Shown: positions 1-9,532 of the stretch, piece after piece
Position numbering within the stretch: position 1 is the first letter of the stretch
Layout: each line of letters starts with the position of its first letter
From: Candidatus Kerfeldbacteria bacterium
GTDB lineage: Bacteria; Patescibacteriota; Patescibacteriia; JACPL01
DNA: 46,027 bases
Direction of reading: 5' to 3'
Assembly (NCBI GenBank): GCA_016182525.1
Contig: JACPGL010000005.1
Coordinates: forward strand, 1-46,027
The notes under the pieces: model-generated
What the model was told of the DNA's origin: nothing
Seen by the model: only the letters and a program-made list of their open reading frames with translations
Database searches by the model: none
Translations under genes and position numbers: made by a program

Positions 1-141
1 CTGTTTTGTTCACGAAAATGACGCGGCGCCCGTTTGCCTTTTTGCTTCGCAAAAAGTTTTCCGGCCGCTATTTTCGTTCCAAAACATCACCATTTTTCAA
101 CTGTTTCTCCGCTTGGTTTTTCAAACGCCTGTGTATTTTTT
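1..141. repeat. Partial copy of dispersed MITE-like element (second copy at 3146-3321), cut by the window edge
   Basis: 1-87 is identical to 3209-3295; after a ~37-bp extra segment both continue with ACGCCTGTGTATTTTTT. Confidence 0.85.
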
Positions 142-159
142 GTTTTTTATGTGTGAACA

Positions 160-252
160 AGAAAAGAAAGGACAAATGGGAAGGCTCCGCCCGACGAGCT
201 GCGGGATCCGCGTGAGGCGGGCGGAAGGGCGCCCATTTGTCCTTTCTTTTCT
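160..252. repeat. Long hairpin with 21-bp perfect inverted repeat upstream of the dnaA promoter
   Basis: AGAAAAGAAAGGACAAATGGG (160-180) / CCCATTTGTCCTTTCTTTTCT (232-252), GC-rich inner stem. Confidence 0.8.
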
Positions 253-259
253 CGCTTCC

Positions 260-288
260 TTGACAATAAAAGAGCAAGGGGATTAAAT
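260..288 (+). promoter_or_regulatory. Putative sigma70 promoter of dnaA, followed by degenerate DnaA boxes
   Basis: TTGACA-17bp-TTAAAT; TTTTCCACA, CCGTCCACA and TGTGGATGA lie between it and the start. Confidence 0.5.
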
Positions 289-416
289 GGGAGAGCTTTT
301 CCACATTCCGTCCACAGAATATACACATTTCTCCCCCTTTTCACCCATACTCCTTGTGGATGATCTGTGGTATTCTAGGAAGAGAACACGAAAAAACACA
401 CCTAAAACCCGGAGGT

Positions 417-1817
417 ATGAAAACCGAAGAAATCTGGAAATCCGTGCTTGGCGAACTCGAGCTCTCGATCTCGCGAGCCAACTTCACGACGTGGTTTAAG
501 AGCACCTTTATTCTCAATCAGAAGGATAATGAGATGGTTGTGGCTGTCCCAAATACCTTCACAAAATCCTGGCTTGAAAATAAGTACCATAAGACCATTC
601 TTGAAGTCGTCCAGCATATCACTGATCATAAGGTCTGGAAGGTCACCTATGAGGTTGAAACGCGGCGTCCAGAACGGATGTTTGAGCAAAAATCTTTGAG
701 AAAACAGATTGTTGCGGCCCCTCACCCAAAGATTGAGCGTGCTCCGCGTCCACGAGTCACAGCGCCAGCTCCGGTGCAAACACCGGCTCAATCCCACAAT
801 CTCAACCCTCGCTACACCTTTGAATCGTTTGTGGTCGGAAAAACGAATGAACTCGCCCGCGCCGCTTCTCACGCCGTTGCAGAAAAGCCCGGCCTCCGCT
901 ACAACCCCCTGTTCATTTTTGGGGGCGTTGGACTTGGCAAAACCCATCTTATGCAAGCTGTAGGACACGACATTCTCCACCGCGACCCCACAAAACGTGT
1001 TTTATATATCACCTGCGAGGATTTTACGAACGAATTTATTCGAGCGGTTCAAAAAGGGAGTACGGATTCGTTTAAAAACATGTACCGGTCAGTCGACGTG
1101 CTCCTTGTGGACGACATTCAGTTCATCGCCGGTAAAGAAGGGACGCAAGAAGAATTTTTTCACACGTTTAACGCTCTCCACCAAGCGAATAGACAGATTG
1201 TCATCTCGTCTGATCGCCCGCCAAAGGCCATTCCAGCCCTTGAACACCGCTTGGTTTCTCGTTTTGAATGGGGAATGACGGCGGATATCTCTAACCCAGA
1301 CCTTGAAACCCGAATGGCGATTTTGAGTAAGAAATGCGAAGAAAAAGGATTTCAACTCCCTGAAGACATGGTCGAACTTTTAGCCACGAACATTTTTTCA
1401 AATATACGAGAACTTGAAGGGGCACTTAATAAAATTATTGCCTACCATGAGTTAAATAACGTGGAGCCCAACGAGGACTCGGTGAAACACATTATTTCAC
1501 TGATCAGCACTCGACCCCGTAAAGGCGCGATCACCGCTCGGGGAATCATGGCCACGGTTGCGGAATTTTTCGATATTTCTGTTGATGATTTAGCTGGAAA
1601 TAGCCGAAAAAAAGAGCTTGTGGTGCCGCGACAAATTACGATGTTTCTTATGCGAGAAGAAATGAAAAGTTCGTACCCAAATATCGGTCAGGAACTCGGT
1701 GGCCGCGATCATACCACAGCGATGCATGCCTACACAAAAATCCAGACTGAAATTGAACATGATGAAAAGATTAAACACGACATCGCAATCTTACGTGAAA
1801 AAATTTATGTGATGTAG
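417..1817 (+). CDS. dnaA: Chromosomal replication initiator DnaA
   Basis: NPRYTFESFV, Walker A GGVGLGKTHL, LLVDDIQF, GGRDHTT domain IV; start taken at MKTEEIWK (417). Confidence 0.98.
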   Translation: MKTEEIWKSVLGELELSISRANFTTWFKSTFILNQKDNEMVVAVPNTFTKSWLENKYHKTILEVVQHITDHKVWKVTYEVETRRPERMFEQKSLRKQIVAAPHPKIERAPRPRVTAPAPVQTPAQSHNLNPRYTFESFVVGKTNELARAASHAVAEKPGLRYNPLFIFGGVGLGKTHLMQAVGHDILHRDPTKRVLYITCEDFTNEFIRAVQKGSTDSFKNMYRSVDVLLVDDIQFIAGKEGTQEEFFHTFNALHQANRQIVISSDRPPKAIPALEHRLVSRFEWGMTADISNPDLETRMAILSKKCEEKGFQLPEDMVELLATNIFSNIRELEGALNKIIAYHELNNVEPNEDSVKHIISLISTRPRKGAITARGIMATVAEFFDISVDDLAGNSRKKELVVPRQITMFLMREEMKSSYPNIGQELGGRDHTTAMHAYTKIQTEIEHDEKIKHDIAILREKIYVM

Positions 1818-2048
1818 TGTGGGAAAGATGTGAATAGAGGGAGGGAAAGAGTGGGGAAATATTCATAAGGTGTGTATAAAAAAAAGAAAAAAATATATCT
1901 TCCACAATTCATCCCGAACCCTCTCTCTTCTTATCCCCTTCTCCACCTAATATTTTTCCGTTGTATTCCTTAAGAATACATCTTCTCACGAACACTTATC
2001 CCCTTATCCCCAGTCTCTATTATTACTCCTAGTTTATTATAGATATTT
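1818..2048. other. Putative replication origin oriC
   Basis: AT-rich dnaA-dnaN spacer with DnaA boxes TGTGTATAA (1871-1879), TGTGAATAG (1829-1837), TCTTCCACA (1898-1906), TTATCCCCT/TTATCCCCA (1996-2012). Confidence 0.75.
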
Positions 2049-3155
2049 ATGAAACTTTCATGCACACAAGAGAATCTTGAACGAGGACTCGCAACTGTCG
2101 TCCATTTAGCAGGGAGGAATGTCACTCTCCCTATTTTAAATAACGTATTACTTAAAACTGAAAATGGAGTGATCCAGCTTATGACGACGAATCTTGAAAT
2201 GGGCGTGCGGGCAACTCTTCGCGGCAAAGTTGAGGAGGAAGGATCGTTTACCGTGCAAGCGCGATTGTTTATGGACTATGTCGGACTTCTCCCGAATGAC
2301 CGTGTGGATATTGAAGTGTCGGAGAATTTAATGCGCATTGTCGGTGGAGGGAATGAAACAACGATGAAGGGGTTAACCGCCGACGAATTCCCTCTCCTTC
2401 CAAGTATTGAGCAGCAAAATGGGATTGAAGTGGATCTTCATACTTTTCGTGATGCGGTTACTGAAACGCTGTTTGCCGCTGCGCTCGATGACACACGCCC
2501 GGAGATTAGCGGAGTGTATTGCGTAGTTGCGAATCAAACATTTACCTGTGTAGGAACAGATAGTTATCGTTTAGCTGAGCGAATCATTCCACTCCACAAA
2601 GCATTTTCTGGTGAAGCGCGATGGATTCTCCCCTTGCGAACACTTCAAGAACTTCTCCGTATCTTGTCCCAAGCTGAAGCGGGCACGCTCCAAATCTTCT
2701 GGTCAGAAAATCAAATCGCATTTCTGTGGGACGATGTGGAGTTTATTTCTCGCCTTGTGGAAGGGCAATACCCTGACTATCAACAAATTATCCCCAAAGA
2801 CTTTCGTACCGAAGCGATCGTGTCTCGCGATGATTTAATTAAAACAGTTAAAACCGCGAGTTTATTTGCAAAATCCGGAATTAATGATGTGGCGCTCCAA
2901 CTTTCAGCAAAAGAGAATATGCTTATTGTCTCATCAGCGAATCAGCAGGTCGGGGAGAATGTGAGTCGGCTTAAAAGTATTATAAAAGGCGACGACAATA
3001 CAATTGTGTTTAATTATCGGTATCTTTTAGAGGGGCTTGCCTCATTTGAAACGGACGAGGTAAAGCTGCAGGTGATTGATAGCGACAACCCGGGCCTCTT
3101 TCGCCCGAACTCCGACGACAAGCACATCTATCTCGTGATGCCGATTAAGAAATAA
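2049..3155 (+). CDS. dnaN: DNA polymerase III beta sliding clamp
   Basis: LPILNNVLL, TDSYRLAE, SRLVEGQYPDY, C-terminal LVMPI; follows dnaA. Confidence 0.98.
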   Translation: MKLSCTQENLERGLATVVHLAGRNVTLPILNNVLLKTENGVIQLMTTNLEMGVRATLRGKVEEEGSFTVQARLFMDYVGLLPNDRVDIEVSENLMRIVGGGNETTMKGLTADEFPLLPSIEQQNGIEVDLHTFRDAVTETLFAAALDDTRPEISGVYCVVANQTFTCVGTDSYRLAERIIPLHKAFSGEARWILPLRTLQELLRILSQAEAGTLQIFWSENQIAFLWDDVEFISRLVEGQYPDYQQIIPKDFRTEAIVSRDDLIKTVKTASLFAKSGINDVALQLSAKENMLIVSSANQQVGENVSRLKSIIKGDDNTIVFNYRYLLEGLASFETDEVKLQVIDSDNPGLFRPNSDDKHIYLVMPIKK

Positions 3156-3321
3156 AAAAATACACAGGCGTTTTCCAAACCGGGCTCCAAAACAGTGAAA
3201 AATGGAGCCTGTTTTGTTCACGAAAATGACGCGGCGCCCGTTTGCCTTTTTGCTTCGCAAAAAGTTTTCCGGCCGCTATTTTCGTTCCAAAACATACGCC
3301 TGTGTATTTTTTTATTTCTTA
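3146..3321. mobile_element. MITE-like element with 26-bp perfect terminal inverted repeats between convergent genes
   Basis: TAAGAAATAAAAAAATACACAGGCGT (3146-3171) is the exact reverse complement of 3296-3321; interior duplicated at 1-87. Confidence 0.6.
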
Positions 3322-6300
3322 CGGCACAGTAATTGTCACGATGTTGGAGTTAAGACTTTCCTTTTTATACGGGTGGGTGGTGTCAACGGCGCGCGTCATG
3401 ATGGTGTGTGTGCCCGGAGAAAGGGTTTGTGTGAGTTCAAAGAAAAAGTTCGATGTCCCACCGCGCGGTTCGCGGCCTGTTGTGGTGCCAACATAGTGCC
3501 CATCCACAAAAACATTGACAAGGTTATGGTCTTTCACAACCCCTGCCGGGATGGGCGTGGATGACGTGATCTCGCCAGCTTGCGGATGGAGAATAATTGG
3601 AGCCGGGTTTGGATGGATCACGCGGAAATATACGGGTGCGCTTTCGCGAATACGTTCTCCATTCTCATTCACCTCGCGAATGAACACGCTGTGGATAGCG
3701 AGTTGGAGTGGTGCTTTGAGGATGTGCGCGAAGTTCAGTGTTGTTCGGTTGGTGAGCGTGGCCACAACGCGGTGATCGACAAGAATTTCAACCATGTGAG
3801 CGGTGGGCGCAAGGCCGACAATGGTTGGAGTTGGGCTGGAGGTGGTGTTCACCGGGTCATTCGTATAGTCGCGTTCAAAGGTATTTAATACTTTTGCTTC
3901 TTTTTTAGAGAAGATAAAGAAGAAGTGTTCATCGGAAAACACCGAGGTTGTTTCTCCGTCCACTGAACGGGCTTTGACGGTATGTTTGCCGGGTAACAGG
4001 GCAGGAGAGGTGAACGAGAAGTCGCCGACCCCAGAGGTGTGAACGCGCGTTGCTGTTGTTCCGCGGTTCACTCCATCAATCCAGATTTCAACATTCATCC
4101 CTGAACCAGCAAGCCCAGTTATAATAGGCCGAGTGTTTTCTGTGGTGAACCAATCTGCCGGCGCGACAAGTGATGGTGTGCGAAGGTCGCTTGCGGTCTC
4201 GTCTATTTCTTCGGGCTCTGGCGTCTCCTCTGGTACAGGTGATTGTTCGGGCTCTTCGTCACCCTCCTCTTCTTCCTCTTGCCCTTCGGTTTGGGTGGTG
4301 AATGAGAAGATGTCACTTACTCTTCCAGCGCCGTACGTATTCGTTGTGGTAATCGTGAATCGGTACACTGTTGCTGGGATCAATGATGTGAGAGTGATGC
4401 TTTGTGCGCTCTGTGATTGTTGGCCGAGATTTGTCCCTGCCTCATCAGTGCCGTATGAAAGAGTGTATGAGGTTGGTGTGCCGTATGGTGCATCCCAACT
4501 CAGTGTTGCCTCGGTTTCGCGCAGCGTTGCTCTCACCTCGCTAACTGTGCCCGGAAACCGCGATTCATCAGCTCCAATATCGACAAAGGACGTATCAAAG
4601 GGCCGAGCATGACCCTCGTAATCAGTGCGTGGCGCGTTGACCAATGTTCCAGCGTCGCGCGCGCCTGATGCCGCTTTCAGGTGCACGTCTCCCCCATCGG
4701 CATTGTGGAGATCGGGGTTGATTGCCAACGAGTGCGCATCTTGAGCTGTTGCGTTTTGCCAATCAGCAAGTACGGCGAGTGGTGTTGGTGTCCCGTCTGT
4801 CATCATCCCAACGTTTCCTGATTCTGGGTCAAAGGCGTTATAGTCGGATGTGTACTGTGCACCGCTCGAAGCAGAAATGTGCGTGGTGTTTTCAGAAAAG
4901 ATGGTATTTTGGATTGTCACAGTACTTGCTCCTGATGCGAGATTCACTCCTGTGCCATTTCGAAGCACGGTGAGGTTTGTCAGGAGAATGTCGTCGCCGC
5001 TCACGCGAATCGCATCCGTTTGCGCATCGGTGATGACCATATTCTTGAGCGCGCTGTCGTGATTTGCGCTCGCGATATCAACACCCCGTGTTCCGCCGCT
5101 CACCGTCACGCCGTCAAAAATCATCGGGTATTCTGTGTTCACCGCAAGAGTGGCGCCTGACGGAGTCCCTTGGACCGCGAACGGCGTCTCCCCCCAGCGC
5201 GTGATCGTTGTGGTTGTTAAGGGGCTGCTTGTAGCCGACGCTCCTCCGGCCTCCGCAAACTCAGGATTATTTAATTCAACATTTTCAGGAAACGTCCCGC
5301 GCGCGTACAGGGTCTGCCCTTGCCCAATGTGCATTTGGGAAAGCGTATACGTGAGTGTTTTACATGGAGTGACCGCGCTCGAACAGGTGCCTGTGTCGCT
5401 GCCAGTCGCACTGTCTGTATAAAACACGTCGAAAATGGCTTCTTTTGAAAACGCGGTTTCATGCGCGCCGATATCCACGCCGTTGCCTTGTGGTCGCGAG
5501 TTTCCGAGAATATCGTTTACTGGTGAAACGTTGGCAACTCCTGCATCGATATTGACGCTCGTGCCAAGAAGGGTAAAGTCTCCGTCGTCTGCATTCTGGA
5601 ATGCAGGGTCTTGTGAAAGCGATTGTGCATCCAGCCCGGTTGCTGCTTGCCATTCGGCGAGCGTGGCATACCCGCTTGAACCGACTTTCCCAAGCTTTTT
5701 ATTTGTGGAGTAGAATGTATTTCCGTTTGAAGCGGTAAAGCGATCTTCGGAAAATGGATCAAGAGCAATCGCGTAGTCACCGTTTTCTGATGAGACCGTG
5801 TTGTACAGCGTGTTTCCTGATGCGTCGCTCATTTGAATTCCATGCCCGCCGCTTTTATAAATAGAGTTTGAAAGAAGCGCGACAGATGATGTATTTGCAA
5901 GATGGATGCCATTGCCGCTATTCGTATCAAAAATGGAATTTGAAATGGTTGAACTGGTTGTGTTGGATGTCAGACTCACTCCATCATCACCGTTTTCACG
6001 CGCAATGGAATTTGTCACTGTGACCGATGAAGATGCGCTTACACGAACCCCGTCTGATGTTGCGTGTGTAACGGTCACGCCGTCGAGGGTGATGGATGAG
6101 CTGCTGTCGATCGCGATGTTCGCGTCTTGAGCGTTGGAGACGGTGATATCGGAAAGTGTGAGAAACGATGCGCCAGAAATGGAGATGCCGGTTGTGTTTG
6201 CGCTCGCATTGATCACTGGAGCGGTTCGCCCGCTGTCTGTCCAAGCAACAAATTGCGTTGGAGAGTTTGCTGCTCCACTGTGCGCTGATGTCAGGGAGAC

Positions 6301-8262
6301 GCTTTCGGTAAATGCGGTTTGCGTTGTTCCGGAGCTTAGATGGAGAATGTCTTCGCTTGCTCCCCCACGAACGGTTTGGAGCGCGCGGGTGATTGTTTTC
6401 CACGGCGCAGCGGTTGTTCCGTGGCCAGACGTATCGCTGCCCGAAAATGCATCAATGTAGATATTGCCGAGCGCTTCTTCGTATTCATAGGCGCCTGGCT
6501 CTACTCCTTTGCCCGACGGACGTGCCAGACCCCCGAGATCGGTTGCGGGTGCGCTTGCTGCATCGCCGGTATTGAGTGCTGTGGAATCTCCGCGCAGGTG
6601 GTAATCATCGCTTGCGCTGCTTACGAAACTGGGGTCGGCCGAGCGATCGTGAGTACTCGCCGATGTTCCGGGGCCGTACGCTCCGAGTGCATTATTCCAC
6701 AATAGGTTGTAGTCGACGTTGGTTGTTGGAACACTTGCACCAAGAGTGAGACCGTACCGGTCGGTGCTGCCGGTAATGATGTTATTTTTAACAACTGCCG
6801 TTGCCGGGTTTCCATAGAGTCCAAGACTCGCCGCATTGGTCGCTGAACCGTCAGTATTGCCGTGGATCGTGTTGTTCAGAATCGTCACGTCATTTCCATT
6901 TTCAACATGGATACCTCCGACGCCGGTTGTTGCCGCATTTTCATACACGACGTTGTTTTGCACTGTCACCATTTTGCCGTTCGCGCCACCGCCAATGTAG
7001 ATTCCTGCTCCGTATGTTGCTGTGCTTCCACTCACCGTATTTTTTTCAATAAGCGTCCCATTGAGACATTCCTGACATCGAATCCCCCCACCTTTGTAGA
7101 CAGCAGTGTTCGTGGTCATGCTGTTCCCGCGTATGGTCGCCTTACCTTGAAGAACGTAGATTCCTCCGCCGCCAGCTCGTTCAATATTATTTAAGTGCTT
7201 TGAAGATGAGTTTGAAATAATGGTGTTATTTTCAATAACGGGTGCGTAAGCGGTATTGTTGTTTCCATACACATAGATTCCTCCGCCGTAATCGTAGACT
7301 TGATTTGCCGATATCGTATTGTTTTGGACTCTCGCACTTGAGCGTGTGAGGGAAATTCCTCCCCCGTTGTAGCGCCCTCCAAACGTATAGCTTCCTCTGA
7401 TGTATCCATAAGAAACATAATTATTCTGGATCGTTGGCGACGCATCGCTTACACGGACTCCCCCTCCTTCCCAGTGTGATCCGCTGTCGTCACCACCTTT
7501 GTAGAGGTAGAGTCCTTCAATCGTACTTGAGTTGCCTCCTGACACAATAATAATGCTTCCGTGGTATTCGCACGAGGCTGGTTGAAAACCGTCGCAGAGC
7601 TCATCGCTGAGGCCTCCTTCATTATCCCAGAATCCTCGGAGAGTTGTTGTTGTGGGGTCGCTTACGTTGCCCCGAAGGATGATGTTTTTTTGCGATGATC
7701 CGAGTTGGATTTGTGCTTCATGGTATGCTCCAGACAACACTTGGACAATTTGGCCGTCTTGAGTTGCCGCATCGATCGCGCTTTGAGCAGTGGTAAAGCT
7801 CAAGTCCTTGCTATATCCTGCGTTCACACACGCTTGGACAGACGAACTAAAGCAAATGTCCTTCGCTCCGACACCAAAACTGAATCGTGGGAGCGTGTAT
7901 AGTATGCTGAAGATCAGCCACGCCGTGAGCGTAAGGAATGTTGCAGCAGTAACAAGGAGCGTAAGGTTTCGCTGACGTTTGAACTCGACATACGACTCAA
8001 TGAAATTTCCTTTCCAGTCACGTGCCGCCACTTCGCGGAATCCCTTGTCCACTGACATGAAAAAGAACACCGGCAACGTGACCGTGAAAATAAAGATATT
8101 CGTGAGGATGATGACCCACGCCAAGAACAGCTTGCGGAGTTCACACAATACAAAAGCTTTCCGCCAGCGTCGAATGTAGATGAAACAGTTTTCGCGGCGG
8201 ATTTCAGAACGTTTGAGATTTTCTCGCTCTTGCACAAGAAGAGCGCGAATCCCTAGCACCAT
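3319..8262 (-). CDS. Large membrane-anchored surface protein: parallel beta-helix modules, fibronectin type III and Ig-like domains
   Basis: N-terminal TM segments; repeated NNTI/N-GGGI beta-helix motifs; three DP.F..D.HL..D.G..R..G..DIGA.E closing motifs; LSWDAP..Y.LSY FN3; acidic linker; P.I.G Ig-like repeats. Start could be 8058. Confidence 0.85.
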   Translation of the reverse strand: MVLGIRALLVQERENLKRSEIRRENCFIYIRRWRKAFVLCELRKLFLAWVIILTNIFIFTVTLPVFFFMSVDKGFREVAARDWKGNFIESYVEFKRQRNLTLLVTAATFLTLTAWLIFSILYTLPRFSFGVGAKDICFSSSVQACVNAGYSKDLSFTTAQSAIDAATQDGQIVQVLSGAYHEAQIQLGSSQKNIILRGNVSDPTTTTLRGFWDNEGGLSDELCDGFQPASCEYHGSIIIVSGGNSSTIEGLYLYKGGDDSGSHWEGGGVRVSDASPTIQNNYVSYGYIRGSYTFGGRYNGGGISLTRSSARVQNNTISANQVYDYGGGIYVYGNNNTAYAPVIENNTIISNSSSKHLNNIERAGGGGIYVLQGKATIRGNSMTTNTAVYKGGGIRCQECLNGTLIEKNTVSGSTATYGAGIYIGGGANGKMVTVQNNVVYENAATTGVGGIHVENGNDVTILNNTIHGNTDGSATNAASLGLYGNPATAVVKNNIITGSTDRYGLTLGASVPTTNVDYNLLWNNALGAYGPGTSASTHDRSADPSFVSSASDDYHLRGDSTALNTGDAASAPATDLGGLARPSGKGVEPGAYEYEEALGNIYIDAFSGSDTSGHGTTAAPWKTITRALQTVRGGASEDILHLSSGTTQTAFTESVSLTSAHSGAANSPTQFVAWTDSGRTAPVINASANTTGISISGASFLTLSDITVSNAQDANIAIDSSSSITLDGVTVTHATSDGVRVSASSSVTVTNSIARENGDDGVSLTSNTTSSTISNSIFDTNSGNGIHLANTSSVALLSNSIYKSGGHGIQMSDASGNTLYNTVSSENGDYAIALDPFSEDRFTASNGNTFYSTNKKLGKVGSSGYATLAEWQAATGLDAQSLSQDPAFQNADDGDFTLLGTSVNIDAGVANVSPVNDILGNSRPQGNGVDIGAHETAFSKEAIFDVFYTDSATGSDTGTCSSAVTPCKTLTYTLSQMHIGQGQTLYARGTFPENVELNNPEFAEAGGASATSSPLTTTTITRWGETPFAVQGTPSGATLAVNTEYPMIFDGVTVSGGTRGVDIASANHDSALKNMVITDAQTDAIRVSGDDILLTNLTVLRNGTGVNLASGASTVTIQNTIFSENTTHISASSGAQYTSDYNAFDPESGNVGMMTDGTPTPLAVLADWQNATAQDAHSLAINPDLHNADGGDVHLKAASGARDAGTLVNAPRTDYEGHARPFDTSFVDIGADESRFPGTVSEVRATLRETEATLSWDAPYGTPTSYTLSYGTDEAGTNLGQQSQSAQSITLTSLIPATVYRFTITTTNTYGAGRVSDIFSFTTQTEGQEEEEEGDEEPEQSPVPEETPEPEEIDETASDLRTPSLVAPADWFTTENTRPIITGLAGSGMNVEIWIDGVNRGTTATRVHTSGVGDFSFTSPALLPGKHTVKARSVDGETTSVFSDEHFFFIFSKKEAKVLNTFERDYTNDPVNTTSSPTPTIVGLAPTAHMVEILVDHRVVATLTNRTTLNFAHILKAPLQLAIHSVFIREVNENGERIRESAPVYFRVIHPNPAPIILHPQAGEITSSTPIPAGVVKDHNLVNVFVDGHYVGTTTGREPRGGTSNFFFELTQTLSPGTHTIMTRAVDTTHPYKKESLNSNIVTITVP

Positions 8263-8401
8263 GCCAATTTCGTTGTTATTTTGGTTTTATTTTGTATTTT
8301 TACACTTTAATTATAGCTTATTTTAGCGTTTTTGTCAACCAACTTGAATAAAATATGGTTTTGAAGTAGACTACAGGAGTTCTTTTTCTTAAAATAAACG
8401 T

Positions 8402-8563
8402 ATGGAGGAGCGAAAAACGCATCTTTCTGGGGATTTATGGACAGTCATTTTGGTTGTCGGGGTTCTGCTTGCGGGAGTCTTGATTTTTAGCTCAGTAGAC
8501 ACCAATCGAACCCTCACGAGCTCGCTTGCGAAGCAATTGTACGAGTTTGTGTTGAATATATAA
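8402..8563 (+). CDS. Small single-TM hypothetical protein (53 aa, below the ORF-track cutoff)
   Basis: MEERKTHLSGDLWTVILVVGVLLAGVLIFSSVDTNRTLTSSLAKQLYEFVLNI*. Confidence 0.6.
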   Translation: MEERKTHLSGDLWTVILVVGVLLAGVLIFSSVDTNRTLTSSLAKQLYEFVLNI

Positions 8564-8599
8564 TGTACGACGCCTAATTTAGGCGGTTATAAGCTAAAT

Positions 8600-8672
8600 G
8601 CCCTCGTAGCTCAGTTGGAAGAGCGAGGCACTCCTAACGCCTAGGTCCCCTGTTCGACTCAGGGCGAGGGCA
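8600..8672 (+). tRNA. tRNA-Arg(CCT)
   Basis: Acceptor GCCCTCG/CGAGGGC, anticodon loop CTCCTAA, GTTCGAC T-loop. Confidence 0.9.
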
Positions 8673-8765
8673 CGAGCGGTAATGAAATTGGCTAAGATGA
8701 GAGAAAGTTTATTCAGCGCCGATTAAATAATGATGATTACAACACGGATAGATCGACATGTCAAA

Positions 8766-8801
8766 TGTTCTACGTGCCTGCCTACCGGTAGGCAGGGAAC
8801 A
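8766..8801. promoter_or_regulatory. parS-like site interrupted by a 20-bp palindrome
   Basis: TGTTCTACGTG + [CCTGCCTACCGGTAGGCAGG] + GAACA. Confidence 0.65.
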
Positions 8802-8823
8802 TTTAGGAATAACACTATGAGCT

Positions 8824-9189
8824 ATGACGCTTTCTGAAGCCCAAGGGGCAGTTCTAGAGTTTGCAAAGAAAAATGGGTGGGAAGACTACCCCAATATAGA
8901 CAAATTTGACCACATTCACGAAGAACTGCTTGAAATGAGCCAGTTCTTGCGGTATAAGTCCCGCGAAGAGCGTGAAAAGTTTGTTTCTGAGCACCAAGAA
9001 CTTTTCGAGAAGGAGCTTGGAGACGTGCTTTTCGGGCTGTTACGGCTCGCAAATCAGCTCGGAGTGGATGCAGAAAGGGGATTCCTAGCCGCAAAAGCGA
9101 AAATCGAGAAGAAATATACTTCTGGAGTAGCTGAAAACAAGACTATACATCAAAGCTCGGGAGATTCGCAGTTCGGGTCGCCAAGCTAA
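8824..9189 (+). CDS. MazG-like nucleotide pyrophosphohydrolase
   Basis: EELLEM...EKELGDVLF..L.LAN.LGVD motif. Confidence 0.8.
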   Translation: MTLSEAQGAVLEFAKKNGWEDYPNIDKFDHIHEELLEMSQFLRYKSREEREKFVSEHQELFEKELGDVLFGLLRLANQLGVDAERGFLAAKAKIEKKYTSGVAENKTIHQSSGDSQFGSPS

Positions 9190-9190
9190 A

Positions 9191-9206
9191 TGTTCCACGT
9201 GGAACA
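9191..9206. promoter_or_regulatory. parS centromere-like site
   Basis: TGTTCCACGTGGAACA perfect palindrome, ~7 kb from oriC. Confidence 0.85.
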
Positions 9207-9270
9207 TTGACGAGAAGCGGATTTTGTGTCGTGATATACATATTACAACACAGATCTAATGTTCACGCAA

Positions 9271-9286
9271 TGTTCCACGTGGAACA
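9271..9286. promoter_or_regulatory. parS centromere-like site
   Basis: Second TGTTCCACGTGGAACA, 80 bp from the first. Confidence 0.85.
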
Positions 9287-9333
9287 TTCGTTCCCAAGAC
9301 CTGCGAGCCCAAAAGTTATCACTTCGGAGTATA

Positions 9334-9532
9334 TGAGGAACTACCAGCCAGAATACCTTCTCGAACCACGCCCTCCGTTCGGGGAAAATTTTCGTCGTTC
9401 ACTTCGGGGAACCCTCGAAATTCGCTCGCTGATTACAGCTCGCTGCTTTCGTCTCCCTCTCGTTCACTCGTCCATTTGCAAGCCCTCACTACGGGAAGTG
9501 GTTCTCGAAAGTATTCCGGCTGTCGTTCCACA
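9334..9532 (-). ncRNA. Candidate structured RNA (long imperfect hairpin)
   Basis: 9334-9378 pairs with 9491-9532; several plus-strand A.C mismatches become G.U pairs on the minus strand. Confidence 0.3.

Noticed and set aside
6-215. ORFs 6-215 and 3202-3564 sharing FTKMTRRPFAFLLRKKF
   Set aside because: The shared peptide is just the translated DNA repeat; the second ORF is antisense to a real gene
354-416. Extended dnaA N-terminus from GTG 354
   Set aside because: It overlaps DnaA boxes; the conserved domain I starts at MKTEEIW (417)
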